NCBI GenBank assembly: GCA_038087875.1 | Contig: CM075987.1 | Location: forward strand, 5,208,001-5,272,000 | Direction of reading: 5' to 3' | Source of the DNA: Malacoraja senta | Taxonomy: Eukaryota | DNA: 64,000 nt | Shown here: positions 63,200-64,000 of the stretch, piece by piece | How the letters are laid out: every line of letters begins with the position of its first letter | Numbering within the stretch: the first letter of the stretch is position 1 | Position numbers and translations under genes: made by a program | The notes under the pieces: generated by a model | What the model was told of the DNA's origin: nothing | Databases searched by the model: none | The model's input: the letters and a program-made list of their open reading frames with translations, nothing else

Positions 63200-63385
63200 C
63201 CTGTACATCTTTGGGATGTGGGAGGAAACCGGAGCACCAGGAGAAAACCCACAAGGTCACGGGGAGAACATACAAACTCCGTATAGACAGCACCCATAGT
63301 CGGGATTCTCCGGGTGCTCTGGTTTCCTCCAACACTCCAAAGACATACAGGCTTGTAGATTAATTGGCTTCAGTAAAAAATGTAG
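63200..63385. mobile_element. Inverted pair of V-SINE fragments
   Basis: Minus 63200-63303 abutting plus 63304-63385. Confidence 0.75.
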
Positions 63386-63800
63386 GACACAAAACGCTGC
63401 ATTAACTCAATGGATCAGGCAGCATCTCTGGAGATTTCACAGCATTTCTCCAGATAATCTGCCTGATCTGCCTGATCTGCTGAGTTACTCCATCACTTTG
63501 TGATCTTTATCTCCACATCCTAACCCAAGTTATTTTGTCTATCACCAGACTTTGTTCCTTCAGTCTTCGGTCTGAAGAAGGGTACCGACCCGTCACCCAT
63601 CTTTGTTCTCCAGAGATGCTGCCTGACCCGTTGAGTTACTCCAGCACTCTGTGGCTGTTATGTCCACGTCCTAACATTAGTTCTTTTCTCTATCAGACTT
63701 TGCTCCTTCGGTCTTCAGTCTGAAGAAGGGTCCCAAACCGAAACGTCACATCCATTCCCTCCACAGGTGCTGCCTGGCCCACTGAGTTCCTCCAGCACTT
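63385..63800. mobile_element. Cluster of PLE terminal-repeat fragments (one fold-back, two tandem plus copies)
   Basis: Repeated tctgaagaaggg...gatgctgcctgacccg.tgagttactccagcac. Confidence 0.7.
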
Positions 63801-64000
63801 TAAAAAACTTTTTTTAACATGCAAGACTTCGCACTCTGGGTCACGGAGTTTCTCGCTCTCTGCTCTATCGCCCTTCACATCATTTAAACACTTTGACTAA
63901 ATCTTGCCATTGCCTTCTGTGTTCAGCTTCTCCAAAATGGCGGCGCCGAAACAGCGGCGCCAAATGGTACGATGGCGTTTCGGCGTTGGCGTTCCGGCGG

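Noticed and set aside
63930-64000. CpG-rich end of the window with AAAATGGCGGC (YY1-like) as the MVB12B promoter or exon 1
   Set aside because: GGCGCCGAAACAGCGGCGCC has an inverted near-copy at about 63145-63165 within repeat-like sequence, so it is more likely a repeat. It is truncated by the window edge and no exon 1 is recognisable.

Overview
Repeat-dense vertebrate genomic DNA, very probably a cartilaginous fish (shark/skate/ray). That is inferred from HE1-like V-SINEs sharing a 3' tail with CR1/HER1-like LINEs. The only host gene I can support is MVB12B (ESCRT-I subunit) on the minus strand. Five spliced coding exons (44716-44838, 25300-25407, 19157-19253, 17481-17610, 13577-13702) join in frame into the MABP domain plus a Ser/Thr/Pro linker. 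The first exon and the downstream (UMA-domain) exons were not found in the window. The rest is intronic or upstream DNA with about 30 V-SINEs, many CR1 3' fragments, Penelope-like (PLE) remnants and fold-back derivatives, three Harbinger-like MITEs, and RTE-BovB, Rex/Babar-like, L1-like and older LINE fragments. The most striking observation is a 148-bp CpG-rich insertion at 60984-61131, flanked by an 11-bp target-site duplication. It starts exactly at G1 of a complete HDV/CPEB3-type double-pseudoknot ribozyme fold and ends in a hairpin, so it looks like a ribozyme-headed non-autonomous mini-retroelement. PLE-derived repeats also carry many minimal hammerhead cores, and the intact ones all lie antisense to MVB12B. 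Repeat boundaries are approximate (read by eye); exon, TSD and ribozyme coordinates were counted base by base.
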